In this document: positions 30,401-37,834 of the stretch, piece by piece | Numbering within the stretch: the stretch's first letter is position 1 | How the letters are laid out: each line of letters opens with the position of its first letter | Assembly (NCBI GenBank): GCA_963836755.1 | Contig: CAWIKF010000002.1 | Coordinates: forward strand, 512,001-576,000 | Length of the DNA stretch: 64,000 nt | From: an uncultured Verrucomicrobiae bacterium | GTDB taxonomy: Bacteria > Verrucomicrobiota > Verrucomicrobiia > Chthoniobacterales > Chthoniobacteraceae | Reading direction: 5' to 3' | Position numbers and translations under genes: made by a program | Notes under the pieces: generated by a model | What the model saw: only the letters and a program-made list of their open reading frames with translations | The model's database searches: none | Told to the model about the DNA's origin: nothing

Positions 30401-31516
30401 GAAAACTTTGAACCGCCAAAGACGTTGATGGAACTCGCGCTGCGCGAAATTTGGGAGGAACTTCTCGGGGTCCATTCGATCGGCGCGACGGACGATTTTT
30501 TTGATCTCGGCGGTCACTCGCTGCTCGCGGTGCGGATGATCGCGGAGGTCGAGAAACGGATTGGGAAAAAACTTCCGCCGCGCGTGCTTTTTGAAAATCC
30601 GACGATCCGCCACGTCGCGGCTGTGCTCGAGCAGCATCGTGAAATCGAGCCGCGCTCGCCGTTGATTCCGATCCGCACTGAGGGAACGAAGCGGCCGTTT
30701 TTCTTCCTGCACGGAAATTACACGGAGGGCGGATTTTACTGCATGAACATGTCGCGCTGGCTCGGCGCGGATCGGCCTTTTTACGCGATCGCGCCGCATG
30801 GCGTGCATGATGAGCTCACGTATTCGGTGGAAAAGATGGCGGCGTCGCGGCTCGAGCTTTTGCGTTCGGTGCAGCCGCACGGCCCATATTTGCTGGGCGG
30901 ATATTGCAACGGCGGATTCATTGCTTACGAAATGGCGCGGCAGCTGCGGGCGGCGGGCGAAGAAGTGGCGGCGCTCATCGTGCTCGCAGCGGATGGGAGC
31001 AACACGGGGTTCGGCTGGCTGCGGTCGGCGACGCAATTCTTCGGCCGGATTCTCGGGCACGACGAGGAAGGCCAAAGCCGGATTTTTGTCAGATGGCGGC
31101 GGCGCATTTCGCTCTGGCGCTCGTATCGCCGCCAATTTTGGACGGATGTGCCAGCGAGAGAACGCCCGGCGATGCTGATGGCGAAAGGGCTGCGGCTTTT
31201 TGAGAAATTGAAACGGCGTCCACCCGAGGCGAAACCAGCGGCGCAAACTTCGGTGACGGATCACATCAACGAAATCTACGAGGATGCGCTTTTCGGCTAC
31301 GTGCCCGGCGCGTTCGACGGCGAGATGCACGTGCTTTGGCCGCGGGAACACTCGATGGAAGCGGTGAATGCGGAGCCGGAGGGCTGGCGCAAAGCGGCGC
31401 CGCGCGCGACGATTCACGCGGTGCCGGGAACGCATTTCGGATTGCTGCTCGGGGAAAACTTACACGCGGCATCGCAGATCATTCGCGACTGCCTCGAGAA
31501 GACCGACGCGGGTTAG
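27476..31516 (+). CDS. Terminal NRPS module (C-A-PCP-TE)
   Basis: HHAVSDGWS, FTSGSTGEPKG, YGPTE, PCP LGGHSLL, TE with GGYCNGG and VPGTH. Confidence 0.95.
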   Translation: MVPESIASAEPDKADVFVFPASLAQQRFWTLDQLEPGNSAYNVAVRFRLEGPLRLGILERAVNEIVRRHEILRTTFAEENGEPVQIVTPELSLRVGCIDLRYLAEPERREEAERLALIEARAPFDLKTGPLLRVSLLQLADEEHVLLITLHHAVSDGWSIGVITDEIGAIYGAFARGQASPLPELPIQFADFTLWQREHSDGDAMAAKLAYWKEKLRDAPELNLHTDRPRHGSQSFNGNIVSRLLPKPLTNALRELSAREDVTFFTLMLTAFNVLIHRYTGQEDIVLGSPIAGRSRVDLEPLIGVFINTLVLRNDLSGDPTFREVLTRVCHTVLDAMANEDAPFEKLVETLKPARDVRRNPIFQINFTFQRDFIKPIEFAGVRLTAIPSKSPGSLFDLTFFLVERSEGWRASCEYNCDLYEVKTVERMLAHFENLLAAIHANPLRKLSEFDFLTDAEERQLLVEWNATKIDYPRDQTLAEIFHEQAQRIPDAIALEFFDRTMSYRELDIASNRIANFLQGEGVGAQTIVGVYMDRSSALIVALLGILKAGAAYLPIDLAYPRERIAFIAADAKVPFVLSQRSLAGALPAGLRAVTPEDWSSVKDVSRPPSAATAESVAYVMFTSGSTGEPKGVVVPQRAVSRLVINTRYVAFKQGDVVAHASNVAFDAATFEIWGALLNGGRLVGIAQAALLSPPDLEREIVTRKITTLFLTTALFNQLARQMPRGFSSLENLVFGGDAGDPAAVREILKSGAPPRRLVNGYGPTETTTFAVCHEVKVLDEDAMSIPIGRPISNTNVYVLDRNRKLVPIGIPGELYIGGDGLALGYLNRPELTAERFVPHPFTGGARLYRSGDLARYLPDGTLECLGRLDNQVKLRGFRIELGEIEAVLGRHSAVRQCAVLARADESGQKRLVAYVVAREGKQCPTADLLGLLRESLPEYMLPAAFVFLDALPLTANGKLDTRALPAADALERGGENFEPPKTLMELALREIWEELLGVHSIGATDDFFDLGGHSLLAVRMIAEVEKRIGKKLPPRVLFENPTIRHVAAVLEQHREIEPRSPLIPIRTEGTKRPFFFLHGNYTEGGFYCMNMSRWLGADRPFYAIAPHGVHDELTYSVEKMAASRLELLRSVQPHGPYLLGGYCNGGFIAYEMARQLRAAGEEVAALIVLAADGSNTGFGWLRSATQFFGRILGHDEEGQSRIFVRWRRRISLWRSYRRQFWTDVPARERPAMLMAKGLRLFEKLKRRPPEAKPAAQTSVTDHINEIYEDALFGYVPGAFDGEMHVLWPREHSMEAVNAEPEGWRKAAPRATIHAVPGTHFGLLLGENLHAASQIIRDCLEKTDAG

Positions 31517-32742
31517 TGCGGACTTTTCTGCGGAACTGGCATCACCCGGGTTGTTTGCTGCGTCGGCAAAAATTTCTCGAATTTCACTTCCGGAAACGCG
31601 GGTGAATTCCCGTCCAACAGCGGCGACGGCTTTCGGTTGAGCGTCTTTTCGAAAAACGCGAGCGTGTAGCGATTTGCGATGTAAATGCCGCGCGCGGGGC
31701 TGAGCACGCCGGCGGGGGCGTGCCAGCGGCGCGGATTAAACAGTGGCGCATCGGTGAAAACATCGTGCTCCGCGCCCGCGACGGTCACGCTGTAGCTGCC
31801 GTTGCGCCGATGGAAGGCGTTCAAATCGCGGATCGCCATTTCGAGGAGCTTCGCGAAATTCGCCGCCTCGGCCGGCGACACCGCGGGAAGCTCCGTGTCG
31901 CCGACCATGATCAAAAACGGCTGGCGAATTTGCACGGTTCGCGCCGATCCGAACAGGACGCCGTCGAGGTCAAGGCCGGCTTTGAATCGCGAATCGGCTG
32001 CGCATGCCTGCGCGGCGACCGCTCCGCCGAAAGAATGTCCAAAAATCCCGACGCGCCGTTCATCGATCTGATGTGAAAGCCAGCCGTCGTCCGCATTCAA
32101 CCTTTCGATTTCGTGGAGAACAAAGCGGACATCCTGCGTGCGAATTTGCAATTGCGCCTCCGCATTTTTCAAAAATTGCTCCAGCCCTTCCGCGCTGGAA
32201 AGATCCATCGCGAGGCTCGGATCGGACGTGACGACGCGGCCGTCAGGAAATTTCGTCGCCGCGCTCCCATACGGATGGTCGATCCCCGCGACGATGAACC
32301 CGTGGCTCGCCAATTCCTCGGTCAAAAAAGTATTCTGCCCGCGCTGGCCGTCCCAAGCTGGAGAAAAAATGAGCAGCGGCCAGCCGCCCTTTGCTGACGC
32401 GAGAGGCGCGTCCGTCTGCGCAGGCGCGCGAAGAAGTTCCTGCAGAAAAGCATGCGAGGAGGTCGTGGCGGACGCCGCGGGAGTTTTCGCGGGAAGTGCG
32501 CGCGCGGTCAGCGTCGGATACCAAAACTGGACCATCAACTCGCGTGAGGCCGCGGGATTTTGGTCAAACGTCTCGTGGCGCGATTTATCCACCAAGTGCA
32601 AAACGCGTGTCCCAATGCGATATCTACCGGTCGGATCGTCTTCAGTCCGAAAAATGAAAAGGAGCGCTGCGATCGACGCGGCCAGCAGCAGAATCGCACC
32701 GCTAAGCCACAGCAATATCCTTCTGTTGAGGCGCCAATTCAC
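31513..32742 (-). CDS. Membrane-anchored or secreted alpha/beta hydrolase (PAF-acetylhydrolase-like)
   Basis: N-terminal hydrophobic anchor, RELMVQFWYP, EELASHGF, GHSFGG nucleophile elbow, LDLDG, AEHDVFTD. Confidence 0.88.
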   Translation of the reverse strand: MNWRLNRRILLWLSGAILLLAASIAALLFIFRTEDDPTGRYRIGTRVLHLVDKSRHETFDQNPAASRELMVQFWYPTLTARALPAKTPAASATTSSHAFLQELLRAPAQTDAPLASAKGGWPLLIFSPAWDGQRGQNTFLTEELASHGFIVAGIDHPYGSAATKFPDGRVVTSDPSLAMDLSSAEGLEQFLKNAEAQLQIRTQDVRFVLHEIERLNADDGWLSHQIDERRVGIFGHSFGGAVAAQACAADSRFKAGLDLDGVLFGSARTVQIRQPFLIMVGDTELPAVSPAEAANFAKLLEMAIRDLNAFHRRNGSYSVTVAGAEHDVFTDAPLFNPRRWHAPAGVLSPARGIYIANRYTLAFFEKTLNRKPSPLLDGNSPAFPEVKFEKFLPTQQTTRVMPVPQKSPH

Positions 32743-32811
32743 CTCCAGACCATTCCAGAGTCGCAGCGCCCGGGCAAATCGATAAAAAAATCGAATCTCT
32801 ACGCTTTATGG

Positions 32812-32839
32812 TTGGACTTCGCCCGAAACCTGCTACTTT
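32812..32839 (+). promoter_or_regulatory. Putative sigma70-type promoter
   Basis: TTGGAC-N16-TACTTT with extended -10 TGn, upstream of ATG 32862. Confidence 0.35.
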
Positions 32840-32861
32840 TCGCCCTTTGAAAACCGGCGCG

Positions 32862-33362
32862 ATGCTTCTCCGACTTTCTTTTTACCTTCTTTTGCTTGTT
32901 TCTGCGTCTGCACTTGCCGCGGACAGCTCACTTTTTGAGCCGGCGAACGCACGCTCCTTGAGCCCAGAAATGGAAGCGCGCTTCGGACCAAAGTCCGCGA
33001 ACTTTCACTACGATGCGCGGATGATTCGCGCGGCAGAAATCGCCACGCGTCGCGCGCAGCCGCACATGACCTGGTATTGCTGGCGTTATGTGAAAGACGC
33101 CCTCCTTGCGGCCGGCGTGATCTCTTCGCGACCCTCGTCGCCCTACGCAAAAGAAGCCGGCGAGGAGCTGGTCCACCGTTTTGGTTTTACCAAACTGAAT
33201 GTCCACAACCCGCTCGACGCTCCTGTCGGCGCTGTGATCGTTTATGGCGGGCCTGATGCCGGGCATGTGGAAATCCGCACCAATTACGGATTCGTCAGCG
33301 ATTTCACCTCGCGCACGCCTTACCCACGGCCATTTCTCGGCGCCTACGTCAAAGAGTCCTGA
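32862..33362 (+). CDS. Secreted Cys-His hydrolase-like protein, paralog 2
   Basis: Signal peptide (...SALA), CWRYVKDAL, PVGAVIVYGG, GHVE, GFVSDF. Confidence 0.75.
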   Translation: MLLRLSFYLLLLVSASALAADSSLFEPANARSLSPEMEARFGPKSANFHYDARMIRAAEIATRRAQPHMTWYCWRYVKDALLAAGVISSRPSSPYAKEAGEELVHRFGFTKLNVHNPLDAPVGAVIVYGGPDAGHVEIRTNYGFVSDFTSRTPYPRPFLGAYVKES

Positions 33363-33382
33363 TTCAAAGTGTTCATTTTTCG

Positions 33383-33410
33383 TTGACGTAAAAGATCATT
33401 TCCCTACCTT
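33383..33410 (+). promoter_or_regulatory. Putative sigma70-type promoter
   Basis: TTGACG-N16-TACCTT in the 61-bp gap, 13 nt before ATG 33424. Confidence 0.45.
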
Positions 33411-33423
33411 CCGCGCCGTCTTT

Positions 33424-33936
33424 ATGAAGAGTTCGATTTTCCTGATTTCGTTTGTGTGCGGGGTTCTCTCGTTTTTTACCCCGAACGCCAGGAGTGCGGA
33501 TTCGCTGTTTGATGTGCGGTCAGCTCGGACGCCCGGGCTCGAGCTGCAGAGCATTTTGGGGCCAAAGTCCGGCGGCATCCGCTACGATAAACGCATGATC
33601 CACGCGGCCCAGCTCGCGGCAGAGCGCGCACGGAAGCATTCCACGAGCCGCTGCTGGCACTCTGTGAAAGACGCGCTCGTCGCGGCAAATGTGGTGCCGA
33701 CAAGGCCGACGACTGAGTATGCGAAGCAGGCGGCCGGCGAACTGCAAAATAAATACGGATTCACGAAATTGAGGATCCAAAATCCGTTCGAAGCGCCGAT
33801 CGGTTCAGTGCTCGTTTACGGTGGCGCGGGAGCGGGCCACGTGGAATTGCGGACGTTGCAGGGTTTTGCCAGCGATTTCTTTTCCGCGACTCCATCGACG
33901 CGTCCGCTCATCGGCGTTTACGTCAAGCGGTCGTAG
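33424..33936 (+). CDS. Secreted Cys-His hydrolase-like protein, paralog 3
   Basis: Signal peptide from MKSSIF, CWHSVKDAL, PIGSVLVYGG, GHVE, GFASDF. Confidence 0.75.
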   Translation: MKSSIFLISFVCGVLSFFTPNARSADSLFDVRSARTPGLELQSILGPKSGGIRYDKRMIHAAQLAAERARKHSTSRCWHSVKDALVAANVVPTRPTTEYAKQAAGELQNKYGFTKLRIQNPFEAPIGSVLVYGGAGAGHVELRTLQGFASDFFSATPSTRPLIGVYVKRS

Positions 33937-35080
33937 TTCCCTCGCGAGCAGCGTCAAAGGTGGGCGCGATCCGTTGTGTCGTTTCTGGATCGAAGAAATG
34001 GATCTTCGCTTCTTCCATTTCAAACCGATGCCGCCGGCCGGCTTCGTCGTGATTAATCTCGAACGCGCTTCGGCAGATCGCGGTGTGCGCGCCGGTTTGG
34101 AAGTAAATATTTGTTTCTGCGCCCATCGGTTCGACAAGATCCACAATGGCAGGAAAGCGTAAATTCGCGGGCTGATTCGGATCTCTCACCAGCCGGATAT
34201 TCTCGGGACGAATGCCCAGGATAACTTCCTTTCCCATCCATGGTTTCAACTCGGACCTCGCGCCGAATTTGACCTCGATGCTGCCCTCTTCGACTTCCTT
34301 GAAAGTCACGCCGCCGGCTCCATCCTTGAGGCGGCCCTTGATGAAATTCATCGGCGGGTTGCCCATGAATCCGGCCACGAATGTGTTCACAGGTTGATAG
34401 TAGATATTCAAAGGCGCATCATATTGCTGCACGACGCCCTCCTTCATCACGACGATCCGATCGCCCATCGTCATCGCCTCGCCTTGATCGTGCGTGACGT
34501 AAATCATCGTAGCCTTCAAACGCCAATGCAGCTTGGTGATCTCCATGCGCATCTGGACACGCATTCTGGCGTCAAGGTTGGAAAGAGGCTCGTCAAATAG
34601 AAAAACCTTCGGCTGCCGCACCATCGCCCGGCCTACCGCCACGCGCTGGCGCTGCCCGCCGGAAAGTGCTTTCGACTTTCGGTCCAGATAACTCTCCAAG
34701 CCGAGTATGTTCGCCGCTTCCTTTACTCTTTTCCCAATTTCGTCCTTGGGAAATTTCCGAAGTTTTAACCCGAACGCGAGGTTCTCATAAACGGTCATGT
34801 GCGGATAAAGCGCATAGTTCTGGAAGACCATTGCTATATCCCTGTCCTTCGCTGCGACTTCATTAACTCTCTGGTCGCCGATCGAAACTTCGCCTTCGGA
34901 TATTTCTTCCAATCCAGCAATCATTCGCAAAGTGGAGGACTTGCCGCATCCAGTGGGTCCCACAATGACGACAAGCTCACGGTCATTGACTTCAAGGGTC
35001 AGATTCGTAACTGCGGCGATCTCCTGTTCCTTGCCACACCGGTAGATTTTCGAAACGTTCTTGAGACTTACTTTGGCCAT
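33923..35080 (-). CDS. Carbohydrate ABC transporter ATP-binding protein (MalK/UgpC/MsmX family)
   Basis: GPTGCGKS, MVFQNYALYPHM, LSGGQRQR, DEPLSNLDA, YVTHDQ, LGIRPE (TOBE domain). Confidence 0.95.
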   Translation of the reverse strand: MAKVSLKNVSKIYRCGKEQEIAAVTNLTLEVNDRELVVIVGPTGCGKSSTLRMIAGLEEISEGEVSIGDQRVNEVAAKDRDIAMVFQNYALYPHMTVYENLAFGLKLRKFPKDEIGKRVKEAANILGLESYLDRKSKALSGGQRQRVAVGRAMVRQPKVFLFDEPLSNLDARMRVQMRMEITKLHWRLKATMIYVTHDQGEAMTMGDRIVVMKEGVVQQYDAPLNIYYQPVNTFVAGFMGNPPMNFIKGRLKDGAGGVTFKEVEEGSIEVKFGARSELKPWMGKEVILGIRPENIRLVRDPNQPANLRFPAIVDLVEPMGAETNIYFQTGAHTAICRSAFEINHDEAGRRHRFEMEEAKIHFFDPETTQRIAPTFDAAREGTTTA

Positions 35081-35208
35081 CGCGCGCCGTTATCGTGCCA
35101 TAGATTGGGCGGACGTAAACGGGTAATTGGTGTTAGCTGTCGAAATGATTAAGATTGATTCTCCACTCATGAACGATAGAAAAAGACAGTTCTTAACTCC
35201 TCAAACAT

Positions 35209-36519
35209 ATGACCGCCTTTCCTGAAATTACCCCAATTCCCTTTGAAGGACCAAAATCGAAAAACCCGCTCGCCTTTAAGCATTACAACCCGAACGAGGT
35301 CGTGGAAGGGAAGGCGATGCGCGAGCAACTTCGATTTTCTGTAGCTTATTGGCATACCTTTCGCGGAACGGGCGCAGATCCTTTTGGTCCCGGCACGATG
35401 CTGAGGCCGTGGGATGATGCATCGCAGTCGATCGAGAACGCACAAAACCGCGCACGTGTCGCCTTTGAGTTCATCGAAAAGCTCGGTGCACCATTCTATG
35501 CTTTCCATGACCGGGACATCGCTCCCGAAGGTGCGAGCTTGTCTGAAACCAATCGCAACCTTGATGCCGTAGTAAAGGTGCTAAAGGACGAACAAGCGCG
35601 CACGGGCATCAAGTTGCTTTGGGGCACGGCTAGTCTTTTCACCAATCCGCGCTTTGTCCACGGTGCAGCTACTAGTCCGAACGCGACGGTCTACACCTAT
35701 GCAGCGGCGCAGGTAAAGAAGGCCATCGAAGTAACTCATGAGCTAGGTGGAGAAGGTTATGTTTTCTGGGGAGGCCGCGAAGGTTACTCCACACTTTGGA
35801 ACACAGACATGAAGCGAGAGATGGAGCACCTCGCGAAGTTCTTGCACATGGCTGTGGATTATAAAAAGGAGATTGGTTTCAAAGGCGCCTTCTACATTGA
35901 GCCGAAGCCTCGCGAACCTACCACTCACCAATACGATTCTGATGCAGCGGCGTGTCTTAACTTTTTGCGCGAGTATGATCTGCTCAACGACTTCAAGCTT
36001 AACCTTGAAACCAACCACGCTACATTGGCCGGTCACACGATGCATCATGAGTGTGAAGTCGCTGCGGCCGCTGGAGCTTTGGGATCGATCGATGCGAATA
36101 CGGGTGATGAGTTGATTGGGTGGGATACGGATCAATTTCTGACCGATGTCTACGTCACGACCGCTGTGATGCTGACGGTTCTGAAGATGGGTGGTCTTAA
36201 AACAGGCGGCTTAAACTTTGACGCCAAGGTGCGTCGTGAGTCCTTTGAGCCGATCGACTTGTTCTATGCTCATATTGGCGGCATGGATGCCTTTGCGCGC
36301 GGGCTGAAGGTGGCTGCTGCAATCCGTGCTGATGGCCGCCTTGCGCAAATCGTGAAGGATCGCTACCAATCATGGGATGAAGGCGTTGGCGCGGAGATCG
36401 AAAGCGGTAAGCATACCTTTGCCAGCCTCGAGAAAATTGCCTTATCGCAACCTGATCCGAAGCAGCATCACTCGGGTCGACAGGAGTTGATCGAAAACAT
36501 CCTCAACGAGTTCGTTTAG
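35209..36519 (+). CDS. xylA: Xylose isomerase (class II)
   Basis: [56 protein letters not shown]. Confidence 0.97.
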   Translation: MTAFPEITPIPFEGPKSKNPLAFKHYNPNEVVEGKAMREQLRFSVAYWHTFRGTGADPFGPGTMLRPWDDASQSIENAQNRARVAFEFIEKLGAPFYAFHDRDIAPEGASLSETNRNLDAVVKVLKDEQARTGIKLLWGTASLFTNPRFVHGAATSPNATVYTYAAAQVKKAIEVTHELGGEGYVFWGGREGYSTLWNTDMKREMEHLAKFLHMAVDYKKEIGFKGAFYIEPKPREPTTHQYDSDAAACLNFLREYDLLNDFKLNLETNHATLAGHTMHHECEVAAAAGALGSIDANTGDELIGWDTDQFLTDVYVTTAVMLTVLKMGGLKTGGLNFDAKVRRESFEPIDLFYAHIGGMDAFARGLKVAAAIRADGRLAQIVKDRYQSWDEGVGAEIESGKHTFASLEKIALSQPDPKQHHSGRQELIENILNEFV

Positions 36520-36553
36520 ACTTAGCAGCGTTTCAAAGGTCGCTTCTAACAAG

Positions 36554-37786
36554 TTGAAAGAGCCGAGCGCCAGTCCTGCTAAAAAGAAGACCTGCTGCTG
36601 CGTGGTCGGCGGCGGGCCGGCGGGGATGATGCTTGGACTTCTGCTCGCGCGCGCCGGCGTGGAAGTGCTCGTGCTGGAAAAGCACGGCGACTTCTTCCGC
36701 GATTTCCGCGGCGATACCATCCATCCCTCGACGCTGGAGCTCTTGAACGAGCTCGGACTTTTGGAGGAGTTTTTGCAATTGCCGCACCAGAAAGTGCATC
36801 AACTCCGCTTGAAGTTTGACGACATTAGCTTCATCGGACCCGATTTTTCACATCTGCCGACGCGGTGCAAATTCATCGCATTTATGCCGCAATGGGATTT
36901 CCTAAATTTCATCGCACAACATGCGAGACGGCTTCCGCACTTCTCGCTGAAAATGAACGCGGAAGTCACTGGAGTCATCGTGGAAAATGGTCGCGTCGTC
37001 GGCGTGCGGGCGAAGACGAGCGACGGCGAACTTGAAGTGCGCGCGGATCTCGTTTTTGGCACGGACGGCCGTCACTCCGTCGTGCGTGAAAGTGCCGGGC
37101 TCGAAGTTCGCGAGAGTGGTGTGCCGATCGATGTCTTGTGGTTCCGGTTGCCGAAACCAAAGGATGGCCAGTCAAACTTTCTCGGAAGAATCAAAAACGG
37201 AACTCTGCTCGTGACGCTCGACCGCGACGATTATTACCAGGTCGGCTTCGTCATTCCCAAAGGCGCATTTTCAGAAATAAAAAGCCGCGGGCTCGCGGCG
37301 TTCCAAGAAACCATTGCAGCGATCGCACCGTCATTGCGGGCGGTGGTTGCGGAGTTGGACGATTGGGAAAAAATCAAGCTGCTCACCGTGCAGGTGAATC
37401 ATTTGCGGCGCTGGTTCCGGCCGGGCCTGCTCTGTATCGGCGATGCCGCGCATGCGATGTCACCTGCGGGCGGAGTCGGCATCAATCTCGCGATTCAAGA
37501 CGCGGTGGCGGCGGCAAATTTGCTCGGCGCGAAATTGCGGCGCGGTGAATGCATGACTGCCGATCTCAGCCAGGTGCAGCAGCGGCGCGAATGGGCCGTC
37601 CGCGCGATCCAGATGCTTCAAGTTTTTCTCCACCGGCGCATGTTTCGCAAAGTCGGCGGCACGGCAAAAGCGTTCGCGCCGTCGTGGCCAGTGCGAAAAT
37701 TTTTCAGCCTGTTCGCGCCGCTGCTTCGGCGGATCGCCGCACACATTTTCGGCATCGGCCTCCGGCCCGAGCATATTCTGAAGTAA
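36554..37786 (+). CDS. FAD-dependent oxidoreductase (FAD_binding_3 family)
   Basis: VGGGPAG, DFRGDTIHP, DGRHS, IGDAAHAMSPAGGVGINLAIQDA. TTG start uncertain. Confidence 0.92.
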   Translation: MKEPSASPAKKKTCCCVVGGGPAGMMLGLLLARAGVEVLVLEKHGDFFRDFRGDTIHPSTLELLNELGLLEEFLQLPHQKVHQLRLKFDDISFIGPDFSHLPTRCKFIAFMPQWDFLNFIAQHARRLPHFSLKMNAEVTGVIVENGRVVGVRAKTSDGELEVRADLVFGTDGRHSVVRESAGLEVRESGVPIDVLWFRLPKPKDGQSNFLGRIKNGTLLVTLDRDDYYQVGFVIPKGAFSEIKSRGLAAFQETIAAIAPSLRAVVAELDDWEKIKLLTVQVNHLRRWFRPGLLCIGDAAHAMSPAGGVGINLAIQDAVAAANLLGAKLRRGECMTADLSQVQQRREWAVRAIQMLQVFLHRRMFRKVGGTAKAFAPSWPVRKFFSLFAPLLRRIAAHIFGIGLRPEHILK

Positions 37787-37834
37787 CAGACGCGGCTTGC
37801 GTTGAAAGGCGTATGCGCGACGGTTCGCCTTCGC

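Noticed and set aside
17796..32861. Target-site duplication or att sites at the cluster edges
   Set aside because: Comparing 17796-17883 with 32743-32861 by eye gave only short promoter-like similarity (TGCTA...TCGC); no integrase, transposase or tRNA is present.
35086..35100. Sigma54-like TGGCAC-N5-CGGC on the minus strand before the ABC ATPase
   Set aside because: The -12 element is poor and so close to the ATG that transcription would start inside the gene.
36522..36549. Imperfect inverted repeat after xylA as a terminator
   Set aside because: Mismatched stem and no U-tract; too weak to call.
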